From Octopus sinensis (Eukaryota): 64,000 nt of DNA. Numbering within the stretch: the first letter of the stretch is position 1; every line of letters starts with the position of its first letter. A program made the position numbers and the translations under genes. Below the pieces are notes generated by a model that was given only the letters and a program-made list of their open reading frames with translations, had not been told where the DNA came from and did no database searches. The stretch spans positions 114,390,001-114,454,000 of the forward strand of contig NC_043001.1 of the NCBI RefSeq assembly GCF_006345805.1. Reading direction: 5' to 3'. Shown one piece after another: positions 39,591-52,959 of the stretch.

Positions 39591-41923
39591 AGATCAATAA
39601 ATGGTGGGGTTTGTGTGACCGCACGTGGAGAAATGATAAGTAAGGAAAAATTTTTTTAAAAAACAGAATGCTCAAATGAAGAAAAATTTAATAAAATGAG
39701 AAAATGATAAAATATATAATATATATTATTCAACCGGTTTTCGTCATTGTATGACTTGTCAAGAATATTTATGTTTTAAGAAGTTATTTTAAAAATTAGA
39801 AATGTGAAGAAAAGAAAAATTGCATTGTGTTTTTGTAAAAGAATAATGATAAAAATGTACAAAAATTAAAAAATAAGTTCTCCGATACATTGTGAGTTCG
39901 TTGTGTATCTTGAGTTTTATGGTTGTTTACCAAAAAATTACCTTGAGGTGTTAAGATCCAAAGGGATTAAGAGCATGTGATGGTTGTGTTGTTAAATTCA
40001 GCATGTTGCAGGACAGGAAGTAGTAGTAATTGTGGTGTCCTGGTTCTTCAGTTCCTGTGTTGTGGGTAGGGGAGACAACTCTTTTGAGTTCTTCAATAAA
40101 ACCCCAATTATAAAACTATCATTTTAGCTTCATTTGCATTATCTTTTTTATATAATTGCTTGTTAACTTAATTTCAGATTTTAACACTTTATTTATATTA
40201 TTTTCTAATAATATAAATCTGCATAGACAATTGCATTTCAAATGTCATATCATTTATAATAAAAATGATAGTAATACAACAATAGTAAAAATGATATTTA
40301 AAGAATATAAGTTTTAGCTTGAAGTGATGAATGCATGGTATCTTTATATATTTGTGTTAGTCCATCCATGAGAGTGAGGTAGAGAAAGGAAGTTTGATCA
40401 ACGAGGAGTTTGCATATAAGTGTGTTTGGAATTTTTCAATAAAGAGATTCTCCTTGTTAATTCTCTCCTGTGTGGTGATCCCGTCTTTACATTGGTAGAA
40501 GGGGAAATATAGAATTTGGGGTTTAAGTCTTTAGCACATGAGTCTAAGTGGTCACTCAGTGGAATTTGTCGGTATTCCGGAAGTTTATTTGTTCTTTATG
40601 CACCGTACTCGTTACGTTTAAAGGGAGACTCGTTTGTCCAACATAATATGTTGGCAACCAGCGCATGTGAGAACGTAGATAAGGTTCTCGGAGGAGGACA
40701 GGAGAAGTTAGTCTTGATTTTAAACTTCGTACCTTGTTTGAAGGTAAATTCAGAGCCTTCAAGTAGAAAGGGGCAGGTACCACAGTTTGAGCGTGCACAT
40801 TTTTTTACTGTTGGGGGTGGATGTGTGTGTGTGAAGTTTGGCATTTGTCAAGAGTTTTTTAAAGATTTGTGTTGCCTTTTGCATTTGAGGATTTTGTGTG
40901 TATTTATAATGTTTTTCATTTTTGGGTCTGTTGACAGTAACTGAGGTTTTGTATGATTGTGGTGTATGCTTCGATATTTTTGGGGTTGTGGGTGGAAATG
41001 TATGGAAGTATTTTGAGGTTGTGTGTGGTGTTAGGTTGGGTGGTTTTCAGTGTAGTGTTGTCTAGTTCTTTGGCGCGTTTTATTCCATACTCTATAAGGG
41101 TGGAGGGATATTGACGTTGTAATAGTGTTTTTTTGAGGTCTTGAAGCGTATTTCTCGTGTTTTTGGATCCGAGACAATGGTGCATACCCTTTTAGCTAAA
41201 TTGAAAGGGATATTTGTCTTGGTGTGTTTTGGGTGGCATGAACTAAAGAGGAGGTATTGTTGTGAGTCTGTAGGTTTGTGGTAGATGTCTGTTATGATTT
41301 GGTTCTTAGGTGTTTTTATAATTAGGAGATCAAGGAATGGAGATGATGTTTGCTTAATTCCATAGTGAATTGGATGTTGGATGTATGTTGTTTAGTATGG
41401 TTTTGAATTCCAGGAGTTTTTCATAAGGTTCTTTCCATATGATGAAACAATCATCTAAATACCTTTTCCAGTTTTCCATTAGGTAGGTGTGGAAAACATG
41501 TCCAAATTTCTGGCTTGATATTTCATAGAGTGACAGTTCGAAGTAACCCATTATGAGGTTCGCAAGGACTGGTGCAGCCTTGGTACCCATCGCAATGCCA
41601 CATTTTTGACGGTAGTGTGTGTCGTCGAAGAGAAAAAAATTGTTTGTCAGAATGAACTTAAGAGATTCTGTAATAAAAGACTTGTTGTTAATGCGGTCAG
41701 GGAATGTCTCTGGGTGTTTTTCTAGCCAGAAGTCAATTGCCTCTATACCATACTCGTGTGGAATGTTGGTGTAGAGGTTGATGACATCAAGGATACCAGG
41801 AGTGCCTCCTCGTTAACTGTTTTCGGGAGGTGTTTGAGCATGTCCAATCACCTAATGAAACTTTTGATGTGGGTAAGGAAAGGTTTCAAAAGGATGTCTA
41901 GGAAGTTACTCAGGCGGTGTGTT
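39591..41923 (-). mobile_element. Inverted copy of the 3' 2.3 kb of the Neptune-type element
   Basis: Reverse complement matches 44767-47044 plus the last ~50 bp of the pLTR (ending ATTGATCT), then TA repeats. Confidence 0.93.
39727..39767 (-). ncRNA. Hammerhead-like motif in the inverted pLTR
   Basis: TATTC-TTGACAA-GTCAT-ACA-ATGAC-GAA-A-ACCGGT-T-GAATA. Confidence 0.55.
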
Positions 41924-42316
41924 AACAAGCAATTATATAAAAAAGATAATGCAAATGAAGCTAAAATGATAGTTTTATAATTTGGGTTTTATTGAAGAAC
42001 TCAAAAGAGTTGTCTCCCCTTACCCACAACACAGGAACTGAAGAACCAGGACCACAATTACTACTACTTCCTGTCCTGCAACATGCTGAATTTAACAACA
42101 CAACACATCACATGCTCTTAATCCTTTGGATCTTAACACCTCAAGGTAAATTTTTTGGTAAACAACCATAAAACTCAAGATACAAACGAACTCACAATGT
42201 ATCGGAGAACTTATTTTTTAATTTTTGTACATTTTTATCATTATTCTTTTACAAAAACAATGCAATTTTCTTTTCTTCACATTTCTAATTTTTAAAATAA
42301 CTTCTTAAAACATAAA

Positions 42317-42357
42317 TATTCTTGACAAGTCATACAATGACGAAAACCGGTTGAAAT
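42317..42357 (+). ncRNA. Hammerhead-like motif in the 5' pLTR
   Basis: Same motif as 39727-39767; stem I 3' strand carries an extra A. Confidence 0.5.
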
Positions 42358-42521
42358 ATATATTTATATATTTTATCATTTTCTCTTTTATTAAAATTTT
42401 CTTTCATTTGAGCATTCTGTTTTTTTAAAAAAATTTTTCCTTACTTATCATTTCTCCACGTGCGGTCAACACAACCCCACCATTTATTGATCTGTACCCT
42501 CTACCACACGTGTGATTCAGA

Positions 42522-45500
42522 ATGCCTCCGAAAAACAAGAGCACTCTTACAGAGACAGTCACCAATAAGACCATTCTAAAAGAACTCAAAGTACTCAATA
42601 CACATCTACTTACATTCTCCAAAAAAATTGACGAACTTCTCCTTCAATCCCGGGAAAACTCAGAAAACAACCATCATCAACAACTTTCGGATAAAATTGA
42701 TGTAAACCTAAACGAAATCAACACTACACTGAAAACTCTACTTTCGGATAAGATAGATGTAAACCTAAATGAAATCAACACTACACTGAAAACTCTACTT
42801 ACCAATTCAACGCCGAAGAGACCTCAGACACCACCCAACACACAGAAAGAACACATTTCAACCCCAGCACAACGCATTAAAAACCAGATCATCACTACTT
42901 GGACTAAGAAACTACACAACAGAAAACTTCTCTTCTGGAACATGCTCAAAAACAAAACAAAGCTGAAATTTACGACAAATGGTTAAACTCCTCCCCTATC
43001 ATACTACACCCCCGAAAATTCCAAATCAAACACATCCCAGACGAACCTGAAAAACAACGCTCCCTAAGAGAAAAACTAACATTGGAAAAAATGAAAACGA
43101 GAAGTAGAACTTCTAAAACTCAGAGCACAAAACCACGAACAAAAATACACAAAAATAGACGATGAGATACTTCTAGAACTACCTCACACACCAACGAACA
43201 GCCCCTCGAACTTGTTATTAAACTATGGAAAGATGAATGTGAAAAGGAAGAACGAACCTCCCTCAAACGCTGGGAAAACAACAAAGATTTCTTCCTCAAC
43301 TATGAAACACAATTCATATTAAACCATAAATCCAAAAACCCATTCATAAAAGTACCCACCAACACAGACTTCCACTGTACCCCATAAACACCATTCCAAA
43401 CCGCACCTCAAATACACATACTCTCCAAACCCCCTCCAACAGGACACACCTCCCCCAACCATATAAAAAACCTTTTCCCCCCCGAAACATCTCAAACAAG
43501 ACCCACCACAAAACCTGGTTTTCCAATCACTCTAACACCCCTCCCCCACCGATTAGAACCTTCAAGAACCTCCCATACACTAGAAATTATCCCCCCCTCA
43601 AGGCTCCCCTCCTTCACACTAATAACAAACAAGGCATCCTACCCACACCGATACATATAAGACCCACCCAACGAACCCCCTATAGTCCACCCATCCAACA
43701 ACCACATTCCTACCACATCTCCTACAGATCTCCAAACCCTCACATCCCACACGAACCCAATCACCACAACTACATACCCCCCTACATCCCCCCATACATC
43801 TATCTACCAGTCACACACCCACAAACCCATCGCATTTCTCACAAATCCTTACACCATCGCATCCCATACCAACACAAATACGACAACTACCTACCCCCCT
43901 CCAACCTCCCCACCCAAAAACACTCCTACACATACAACCAGAACTTTAACAAAGAATACACCCCTTACCTCAACAACCATTTTTTAGACAGAGGGGAAAA
44001 ATACACAACACCACCGCTAACACAGACCCAAAATAAGAAAACAAAAATTATAAATCTCTCCAGCAAAACACTGACACCAACCCAAATCAACATCCTAGCA
44101 AGAGGTTTGAAATTCACACCCACCCCAAGAACACCCACCCCCCGGAGGTCAAGGATGACGTTTCTGAATTCTGCAGAAAACTTCGCCTAACAGAAGCTTT
44201 GACAGATATCAACAATGGGGACGATTCATTGATCAGAAATAAAAGCAACTTCCTACCACCAAAAGGGAGAAATAAAACACTGGACGATTTCTGTAAACAC
44301 ATCCAGAGTCTCCCCTTTACCCCAAGCAAAACCAAGGTAAAATCCAATTTCAGTAAGGAAGAATGGGAAAACCTACGTGACATACAACTGGATAAAAACC
44401 TCACCATCAAAGAAGCGGACAAGGGGAGTGCTGTGGTCCTTATGGACACGGAATTTTATAAACACCTAGTGTTCTCCATGCTTAACAATAACATTTTCTA
44501 TGAGGTTATTAACAACTACAAACAGCAAAAAACAATCAGAAACCTCACCACACTCATACGCCAACACGGTCAGGGACTCACAGAAAAAGAAAGGGATTAT
44601 ATCACCATTTTCAAATGCAAGCCCAGCCTTTTTTATGGCCTTCCTAAAATCCATAAAAACAAATACATCACCGAAGCCTGCAAACTCTCTCCACTGACAT
44701 CCACATCAACATCAAAGCACCGGAGGACCTAAAACTAAGGCCCATCGTGGCTGGTACCTCCTGTGAAACACACCGCCTGAGTAACTTCCTAGACATCCTT
44801 TTGAAACCTTTCCTTACCCACATCAAAAGTTTCATTAGGGATGATCTGGACATGCTCAAACACCTCCCGAAAACAGTTAACGAGGAGGCACTCCTGGTAT
44901 CCTTTGATGTCATCAACCTCTACACCAACATTCCACACGAGTATGGTATAGAGGCAATTGACTTCTGGCTAGAAAAACACCCAGAGACATTCCCTGACCG
45001 CATTAACAAGTCTTTTATTACAGAATCTCTTAAGTTCATTCTGACAACAATTTTTTTCTCTTCGACGACACACACTACCGTCAAAAATGTGGCATTGCGA
45101 TGGGTACCAAGGCTGCACCAGTCCTTGCGAACCTCATAATGGGTTACTTCGAACTGTCACTCTATGAAATATCAAGCCAGAAATTTGGACATGTTTTCCA
45201 CACCTACCTAATGGAAAACTGGAAAAGGTATTTAGATGATTGTTTCATCATATGGAAAGAACCTTATGAAAAACTCCTGGAATTCAAAACCATACTAAAC
45301 AACATACATCCCACATCCAATTCACTATGGAATTAAGCAAACATCATCTCCCATTCCTTGATCTCCTAATTATAAAAACACCTAAAAACCAAATCATAAC
45401 AGACATCTACCACAAACCTACAGACTCACAACAATACCTCCTCTTTAGTTCATGCCACCCAAAACACACCAAGACAAATATCCCTTTCAATTTAGCTAAA

Positions 45501-46269
45501 AGGGTATGCACCATTGTCTCGGATCCAAAAACACGAGAAATACGCCTTCAAGACCTCAAAAAAACACTATTACAACGTCAATATCCCTCCACCCTTATAG
45601 AGTATGGAATAAAACGCGCCAAAGAACTAACACAACACACAACCTCAAAATACTCCCATACATTTCCACCCACAACCCCAAAAATATCGAAGCATACACC
45701 ACAATCATACAAAACCTCAGTCTACTGTCAACAGACCCAAAAATGAAAAACATTATAAATACACACAAAATCCTCAAATGTAAAAGGCAACACAAATCTT
45801 TAAAAAAAACTCTTGACAAATGCCAAACTTCACACACCACATCCACCCCCAACAGTAAAAAAATGTGCACGCTCAAACTGTGGTACCTGCCCTTTCTACT
45901 TGAAGGCTCTGAATTTACCTTCAAACAAGGTACGAAGTTTAAAATCAAGACTAACTTCTCCTGTTCCTCCGAGAACCTTATCTACGTTCTCACATGCGCT
46001 GGTTGCCAACATAATTATGTTGGACAAACGAGTCTCCCTTGTTACGTAAACGAGTAACGGTGCATAAAGAACAAATAAACCTTCCGGAATACCGACAAAT
46101 TCCACTGAGTGACCACTTAGACTCATGTGCTAAAGACTTAAACCCCAAATTCTATATATTCCCCTTCTACCAATGTAAAGACGGGATCACCACACAGGAG
46201 AGAATTAACAAGGAGAATCTCTTTATTGAAAAATTCCAAACACAACTTAATATGCAAACTCCTCGTTGA
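42522..46269 (+). pseudogene. PLE polyprotein (coiled-coil N-terminus, Pro/Thr/His-rich linker, RT, Cys linker, GIY-YIG), frameshifted as assembled
   Basis: INLSSKTLT..LARGLKFTPTP; IKEADKGSAVV; FYGLPKIHK; LVSFDVINLYTNIPH; GIAMGTKAAPVLANL; RYLDD; LPFLDL; YHKPTDS; CARSNCGTC; NLIYVLTC..C...YVGQT. The AMGT motif and Cys-rich linker indicate the Neptune group. Confidence 0.9.
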
Positions 46270-46903
46270 TCAAACTTCCTTTCTCTACCTCACTCTTCAT
46301 GGATGGACTAACACAAATATATAAAGATACCATGCATTCATCACTTCAAGCTAAAACTTATATTCTTTAAATATCATTTTTACTATTGTTGTTATTACTA
46401 TCATTTTTATTATAAATGATATGACAATTTGAAATGCAATTGTCTATGCAGATTTATATTATTATTAGAAAATAATATAAATAAAGTGTTAAAATCTGAA
46501 AGTTAAGTTAACAAGCAATTATATAAAAAAGATAATGCAAATGAAGCTAAAATGATAGTTTTATAATTTGGGTTTTATTGAAGAACTCAAAAGAGTTGTC
46601 TCCCCTTACCACAACACAGGAACTGAAGAACCAGGACCACAATTACTACTACTTCCTGTCCTGCAACATGCTGAATTTAACAACACACACACATCACATG
46701 CTCTTAATCCCTTTGGATCTTAACACCTCAAGGTAAATTTTTTGGTAAACAACCATAAAACTCAAGATACACAACGAACTCACAATGTATCGGAGAACTT
46801 ATTTTTTAATTTTTGTACATTTTTATCATTATCTTTTACAAAAAACAATGCAATTTTCTTTTCTTCACATTTCAATTTTTAAAATAACTTCTTAAAACAT
46901 AAA

Positions 46904-46945
46904 TATTCTTGACAAGTCATACAATGACGAAAACCGGTTGTGATA
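46904..46945 (+). ncRNA. Hammerhead-like motif in the 3' pLTR
   Basis: Core, stem II and palindrome identical to the other two copies; stem I 3' strand is altered. Confidence 0.5.
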
Positions 46946-47039
46946 ATAAATATATATTTATTATTTTATCATTTTCTCATTTTATTAATTTTCTTTCATT
47001 TGAGCATTCTGTTTTTTTAAAAAAAATTTTTCCTTACTA

Positions 47040-47088
<49 letters not shown>

Positions 47089-47171
47089 GTATGTGTGTGT
47101 GTGTATACATACAGAGAAATTCCTCTATTTACATAATATCGAGGTCTCTTTCATTCTTTTGTTGTCTTACC

Positions 47172-47209
<38 letters not shown>

Positions 47210-47584
47210 TCCATATTAAAATCGTTAAACAGTGAGTGAGATAAACAAGTTTATAATTATTTCCGTCACTGATTAACGCTTCTGATCGCATATATCGGCT
47301 GTCGGTTAGTGCTAACAGTTACAATACCTTGATAATTTTTTCTGTTTAAGAGAATACTAATCTCTTAGCCGTCTCTCTTTGATGATTAATGTTGAAGAGT
47401 ACGTAATTTCATCGAAATGATTGAATCAATAAATACACCTGAAGGTGCTTCGAACTGACGTGGTATCTTTATACTTTTCTGTCTGCAACGAGATTATTTC
47501 TCTATGAAAAGGTGCAGTGAAGACTTTTCGTAAGGGTTCAAATACCTCTTAAATACATTTGAACAGGTTAGAAGTTTGTCTACA

Positions 47585-48043
47585 CATACACACATACATA
47601 CATACATGCATGCATACATACATACATACATACATAATACATACATACATACATGCATACATACATACATACATACATACATGCATACATACACACATAC
47701 TTACATACATACATACATACACATACATACATACATACATACATGCATACATACATACGTACATGCATACATACATACATACTCACATACATACATACAT
47801 ACATACACATACATACATACATACATACATGCATACATACATGCATGCATACATACTTACATACATACATACATACATACATACATGCATACATACATAC
47901 ATGCATACATACATAGATACATACATACATGCATACATACATACATAATACATACATACATACATACATACATACATACAAACATACATACATACATACA
48001 TACATCCATACATACATGCATACATACATGCATGCATACATAC

Positions 48044-48074
<31 letters not shown>

Positions 48075-48155
48075 CATGCATACATACATACATGCACACA
48101 TACATACATACACACATACATACATACATACATACATACATACATACATACATAC
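47585..48155. repeat. (TACA)n microsatellite
   Basis: Direct reading; source of the HTYI/MYVC pseudo-ORFs. Confidence 0.97.
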
Positions 48156-49389
48156 GTGCATGTGAACGTGCGTGCGTGGGCGTGCACGCGCGTGTTTGAA
48201 TACGCCATTTTGTCTCAAATAAAAGTATAAGAATTCGACGCATCATGTGTAGTTCCATTTGAGGCCGAAAGTTACCGAATTGCTCGCAGGTCCATGAGCA
48301 TCTCAAACGACGAGAACTCCGAGTAATTCTCGTTTAAGGCACCATCATCTCAGCTGCACCCTCACATTCATAAGCGCATCTACATATGTATCTATATATT
48401 TGTATATATATACATATGTATGTCTGTGTGCGTGTGCGTGTGCGTTTGTGTATGTGCATGTGTATGTATATGTATGTGTGTATGAACGTATGCATGCAGG
48501 CAAATGTGTATGTGAATAAATATACTTTTATATATTTGTGTGTATATATGTGTGTTTACGTGCACGGGTATTTGTCTATGTGTGTGTGTGCGTGTGTGTG
48601 CGTGTGTGTAGGCATGTGTGTGTATGCTTGATGGATCTGAACGCTCTTTAAACGAAAAGTTATATATGATTTTTATTGAACACATAAAATATTATTATAC
48701 GTCATGTAAATTGCTAACGAGTTTATATTTATAACATACACCAAATGACAAGGCAATAACAATTTTCAAATTGCAAGGCTTCAATACCTTATAATGCATT
48801 GGTATATAAATATCTGCATCCAAATTTGGATATGTAGATATCGCTTAAAATTCTCTGCCTCATTTGTTATGATCGCTAATCACGTTCATGTTATATCAGA
48901 ATTTTCTGTATGCCAAATTCTGCATCTTCTTTATATAAGTTTCATTCACTGGATTTTGAATTGTGATGTAATATCTAGGATATGCATAAATTATTTATAT
49001 AAGACGTTGCTATCTGTGTTTATTTATTTATTTTCCCATTTATATCTTTATTTGCTAAAGATGACCTGACTGGTTACAGGTTTCTAAGTAGCAAGTCATT
49101 ATCTCCTTTGCTTTCAGATAGCTAGATACAGAAACTAGCTTTTATAACCCAATGCAGAAGAGACATATGAAACACTCCCTGCTTGTAACCCTCTCGCCGT
49201 TCTGTTTCTAGCCGAATTTTAAATCCTTCAGCGATAGTTAGCGGCAAGTGATGCAAAAACCTGCTCACACATACACAGGCACACACACAGAGGCAAACAA
49301 ACATATATAAACATGTATCCGTACATACAAATATATATACGTATTCATACATACATGCATGCATACATACGCACATACATATATATATG

Positions 49390-49452
<63 letters not shown>

Positions 49453-51792
49453 CTCATCCATTGTTAACATTAGCAATCTTCTTAACCACATATCCTTGCC
49501 TAAGTATCTCTTTTATAAACAGAAACAGAAACAAAGAGCTTTAATTCTATGTGTTGTGGACCATCACATGATTTCTTCTTTGGCTGCATTAGACAAATAA
49601 CATAATGTTTAATATACGAATAAATATTTAATCATTATTGACAAAAATATAATTTTGGAAGATGGAAGGAAATTCCATTCAAAATCGGATTATAATGTCT
49701 TTTCATATAACCTTAGAGCCTCTAAGGCAACAGTGTCTCATGAGTGTTCTGTTTAAATAATGCATCAAATAATATATACTTCCTAGCCAAGAATGATTAT
49801 GATATTCTGTGTATTTTGTAGGCTCGGTATGTTAGACTTAGGAAATAGATTATCTTAATCAGATATTTAAATAACCTAAATGTCGTGAGAGATATACATA
49901 TTTCAAATGCATTATATGATATTGATAACTTACAAGTGGATAATTCTTGTTGCCATATAATTTCGAGTGTGCTGTAAAATCTCAATATCACGTTCGCCTT
50001 GTAAAATTTACATTCCCAAAACAATTAGTATCTCATAAACATGTGACTTTGTAAAAGATGTAGGTAGTCATGTGTTGGTAATAACAGTTCTTTTCGTCGA
50101 TATGGTGTAAAACTAATTTTGTGTTACTGCCAGCAGCAGTTCAAAAATGTCATAATTGTAGGAAACGTTTTATCCAGTTACAAAAATTGATTTTTTTCCT
50201 GAAGGAAATTCAAGAAATACCAGCGAGCTCTACTAACTCAACAAATTCGAAAACAATTAATATTGGTTGAGCATCCATTTTACGCTGCAAGCGAATAAAT
50301 TCTAATCGATCCATGTATTATTCCTGAGGGCAGAAAACAAAGAGGCGGAAGCCTGAGAAAATTCGAATATCTATGAGTAACTCATGCATAATCTTCAACT
50401 TTGAAACCTATAAATCCATTTATATATAGATACAACACATACATTGATACACTAAAGTTTAGAAACCAAATGTCAGACAATGAGCGTGAGCAGTTCAGTT
50501 TCCACAGAAAGAACAAAACTCACTGACTCGTATATATTGAATTACATGCTGTATTTGTCTCAGTTTTCACGGGGAATAACTGCATAGCTCATGATACCTA
50601 CGGAAACCTGCCAAAGATAGCTAAACACAATAGAACCATGTATATTCATTCGTGCAAAAAGCTAAGAATGTGCGTATACATCACTGAAAATAAACACATC
50701 TACGCAAACTGTGACTGGAGGAAATGCAGAACGTAAATAAATATATGACACCGAAGTTGCAAATTCTGTCATAGTGCAATCATTGAAACAGCTATTACGA
50801 TGAAATATTAAATTCTCATACAAGGAAAAGAGATATCCAAAGATAATATGTGTTTAAATAAATTTAACCAAGTATTTAATATATTTGTCTGTCAGAAAAA
50901 TGCTTCAATACCGAAAGGTAACGACTGCGCTAATTTGTTAGTTGTACACACAAAATAACATAAGATTAAATGTAGCAGAAAAGTGCAAAGTAAAATGCAT
51001 TAAGTGTTGAATTTAATTTATTTTTCTGCAAATTTTCATGAAGCTCATCATATAAATAGTCTCCTCCACCAAACACCAAATATATAAACTAAATTCTCAA
51101 ATTAATATAAGTCAGATACTTGCATATTAATATTGTAATATTAAAGATTCTTCTCTGAAGACTTATTAATATAGTAATGTTACAGATTATTCACTGAAGA
51201 CTTGAAAATTATATAATACTGTGTCGTTAAAAATGACGGCTAATTGTAGTATTTCAGATAAAAATAATGTATAAAATAAGTGTCATAATAATCACAGATA
51301 CGAACATTCACATGCTACCCTTATACATGCACACAGAAATACACATATACTTAAAGAGAGTTGAAATGCGGTTTGATTTTTCTTTTCAGCGTTGAACGTT
51401 CACCATCCCATTTCCAGTGCACATACACTCACACACACACAGTACACACACACACACATATTCACGTACCTCCATTTTACATACACACAGAGTTGAAACG
51501 CTGATTTTTTGTTCACCCCTTCCTTCGTTACTCATCTCTCCCCCCCTCCTTTCTCATTTATACGTTGTGACGGAAAAAAGAGAAGATACACGACGCGCTC
51601 TTTGCCACTTCCTGTCTTTCATTGTTATTACTTTCTCTCTCTCTCTCTCTCTCAGCCAGGGCTATTACTCTCCCTGCTTCTCCTTCATTGAATTACTAAT
51701 TTCTATGCTCCCCTTTAATTTCTACTTTATCTCCTACTCCCATTTTGTGATTTTGTGGACAAATTTATATATGTATATATATATAATATATA

Positions 51793-51828
<36 letters not shown>

Positions 51829-52088
51829 TGTATGTATGTATGTATGTATGTATGTGTGCGTGCGTGTGTGTGTATGCGTATATATATAAAACACTACGCT
51901 CATTATTATATTAGGAGATAATATGCATTATAGAATTGATAGTAATTCTTTGTTAATAAAAAGAGCAAAATAGGAATACATTTATGTAGAATAGATAGAT
52001 AGAAAGTGAGAGAAAGCGAGAGAAAAAAGAAGGAAAGAAAGAAACAAAGACAGAGAAATAGTGATAGACAGACAAACAAATATTTAGT

Positions 52089-52109
52089 TAGATAGATAGG
52101 TAGATAGAC

Positions 52110-52206
<97 letters not shown>
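52089..52206. repeat. (GATA)n microsatellite
   Basis: Direct reading. Confidence 0.97.
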
Positions 52207-52639
52207 CAGAATGAGAAAGAGGCTTATAGATTTTAAGTGTTCAAAACTGAAAATATGAAGTACAATGACTATTTGATGTTGTGAACGTAATTTAGCCATG
52301 ATATTTTCAAGATAAATGCATTAGGTGTTGCGATTACTGTGTTAGTTACCATGAGAAGACATGTCATATGAACTCGTGGTGCACAAAAGCACTCATGTAT
52401 ATATGGCTACGGCCTCTGCGACTGCCAGATAACTTGATTTCCTCCTTCGTTGCGCTTTTCAACGTCAGACCTATAGTGAAGACATAGCAGCCGATTTTCC
52501 CATTAATGATATATAGAATATAAGTTTTTATTCAGACACTGCTCTCGCAAATAGCCTGTTGGTTTATTAAAAATAATTGTTATTAATTATATTCAATAAA
52601 ACGGATTTACTCACATTTAAATAAATCTATATTTTGAGT

Positions 52640-52832
52640 CGCCATGATAGATCGTTAGCAACTACACACATTTTTTCTCTCCTTGTTTTTTATGTATCCC
52701 TTTCTGTAGAAGAGCGTAGGCTCGAAACGTAAAATACTTTTTCTATTCCTGAGCGTTATACTAATGCATCTGTTTGTTTTGTGCACCACCTGGCTACGTC
52801 TTTTGTTTTGTTTTTTCGTAAACTCTCCCTAT
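52640..52832 (+). mobile_element. ~195-bp solo pLTR-like unit with A6U hammerhead-like motif
   Basis: CTTT-CTGTAGA-A-GAGC-GTAG-GCTC-GAA-ACGT-A-AAA at 52700-52734; homologous to 20698 and 60953. Confidence 0.7.
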
Positions 52833-52959
52833 ATTTTGTAGATATAGATTTACTCAAATACATCAATTTATTTCTATGACAATCGTTTCATATCGTCTCC
52901 CGCTAGATCATCATCCCAGGCCTTTATTCTCATTCGACTCAGCAGCTGCGTGCCGGAAG

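Larger units (their letters stand above)
41921..47044 (+). mobile_element. Neptune-type Penelope-like retroelement with direct pseudo-LTRs (41921-42493 and 46507-47044)
   Basis: Direct terminal repeats starting GTTAACAAGC; PLE RT and C-terminal GIY-YIG; ends in (TA)n. Confidence 0.92.

Noticed and set aside
42031-42074. CTGAAGA enclosed by a 7-bp stem (ACAGGAA/TTCCTGT) in the pLTR
   Set aside because: No stem II or GAAA between the strands; a hairpin, not a hammerhead.
43980-43986. U UUU UUA slippery heptamer before the PLE RT
   Set aside because: The upstream frame (NNHFLDRG) already continues into INLSSK, so no -1 shift is needed.
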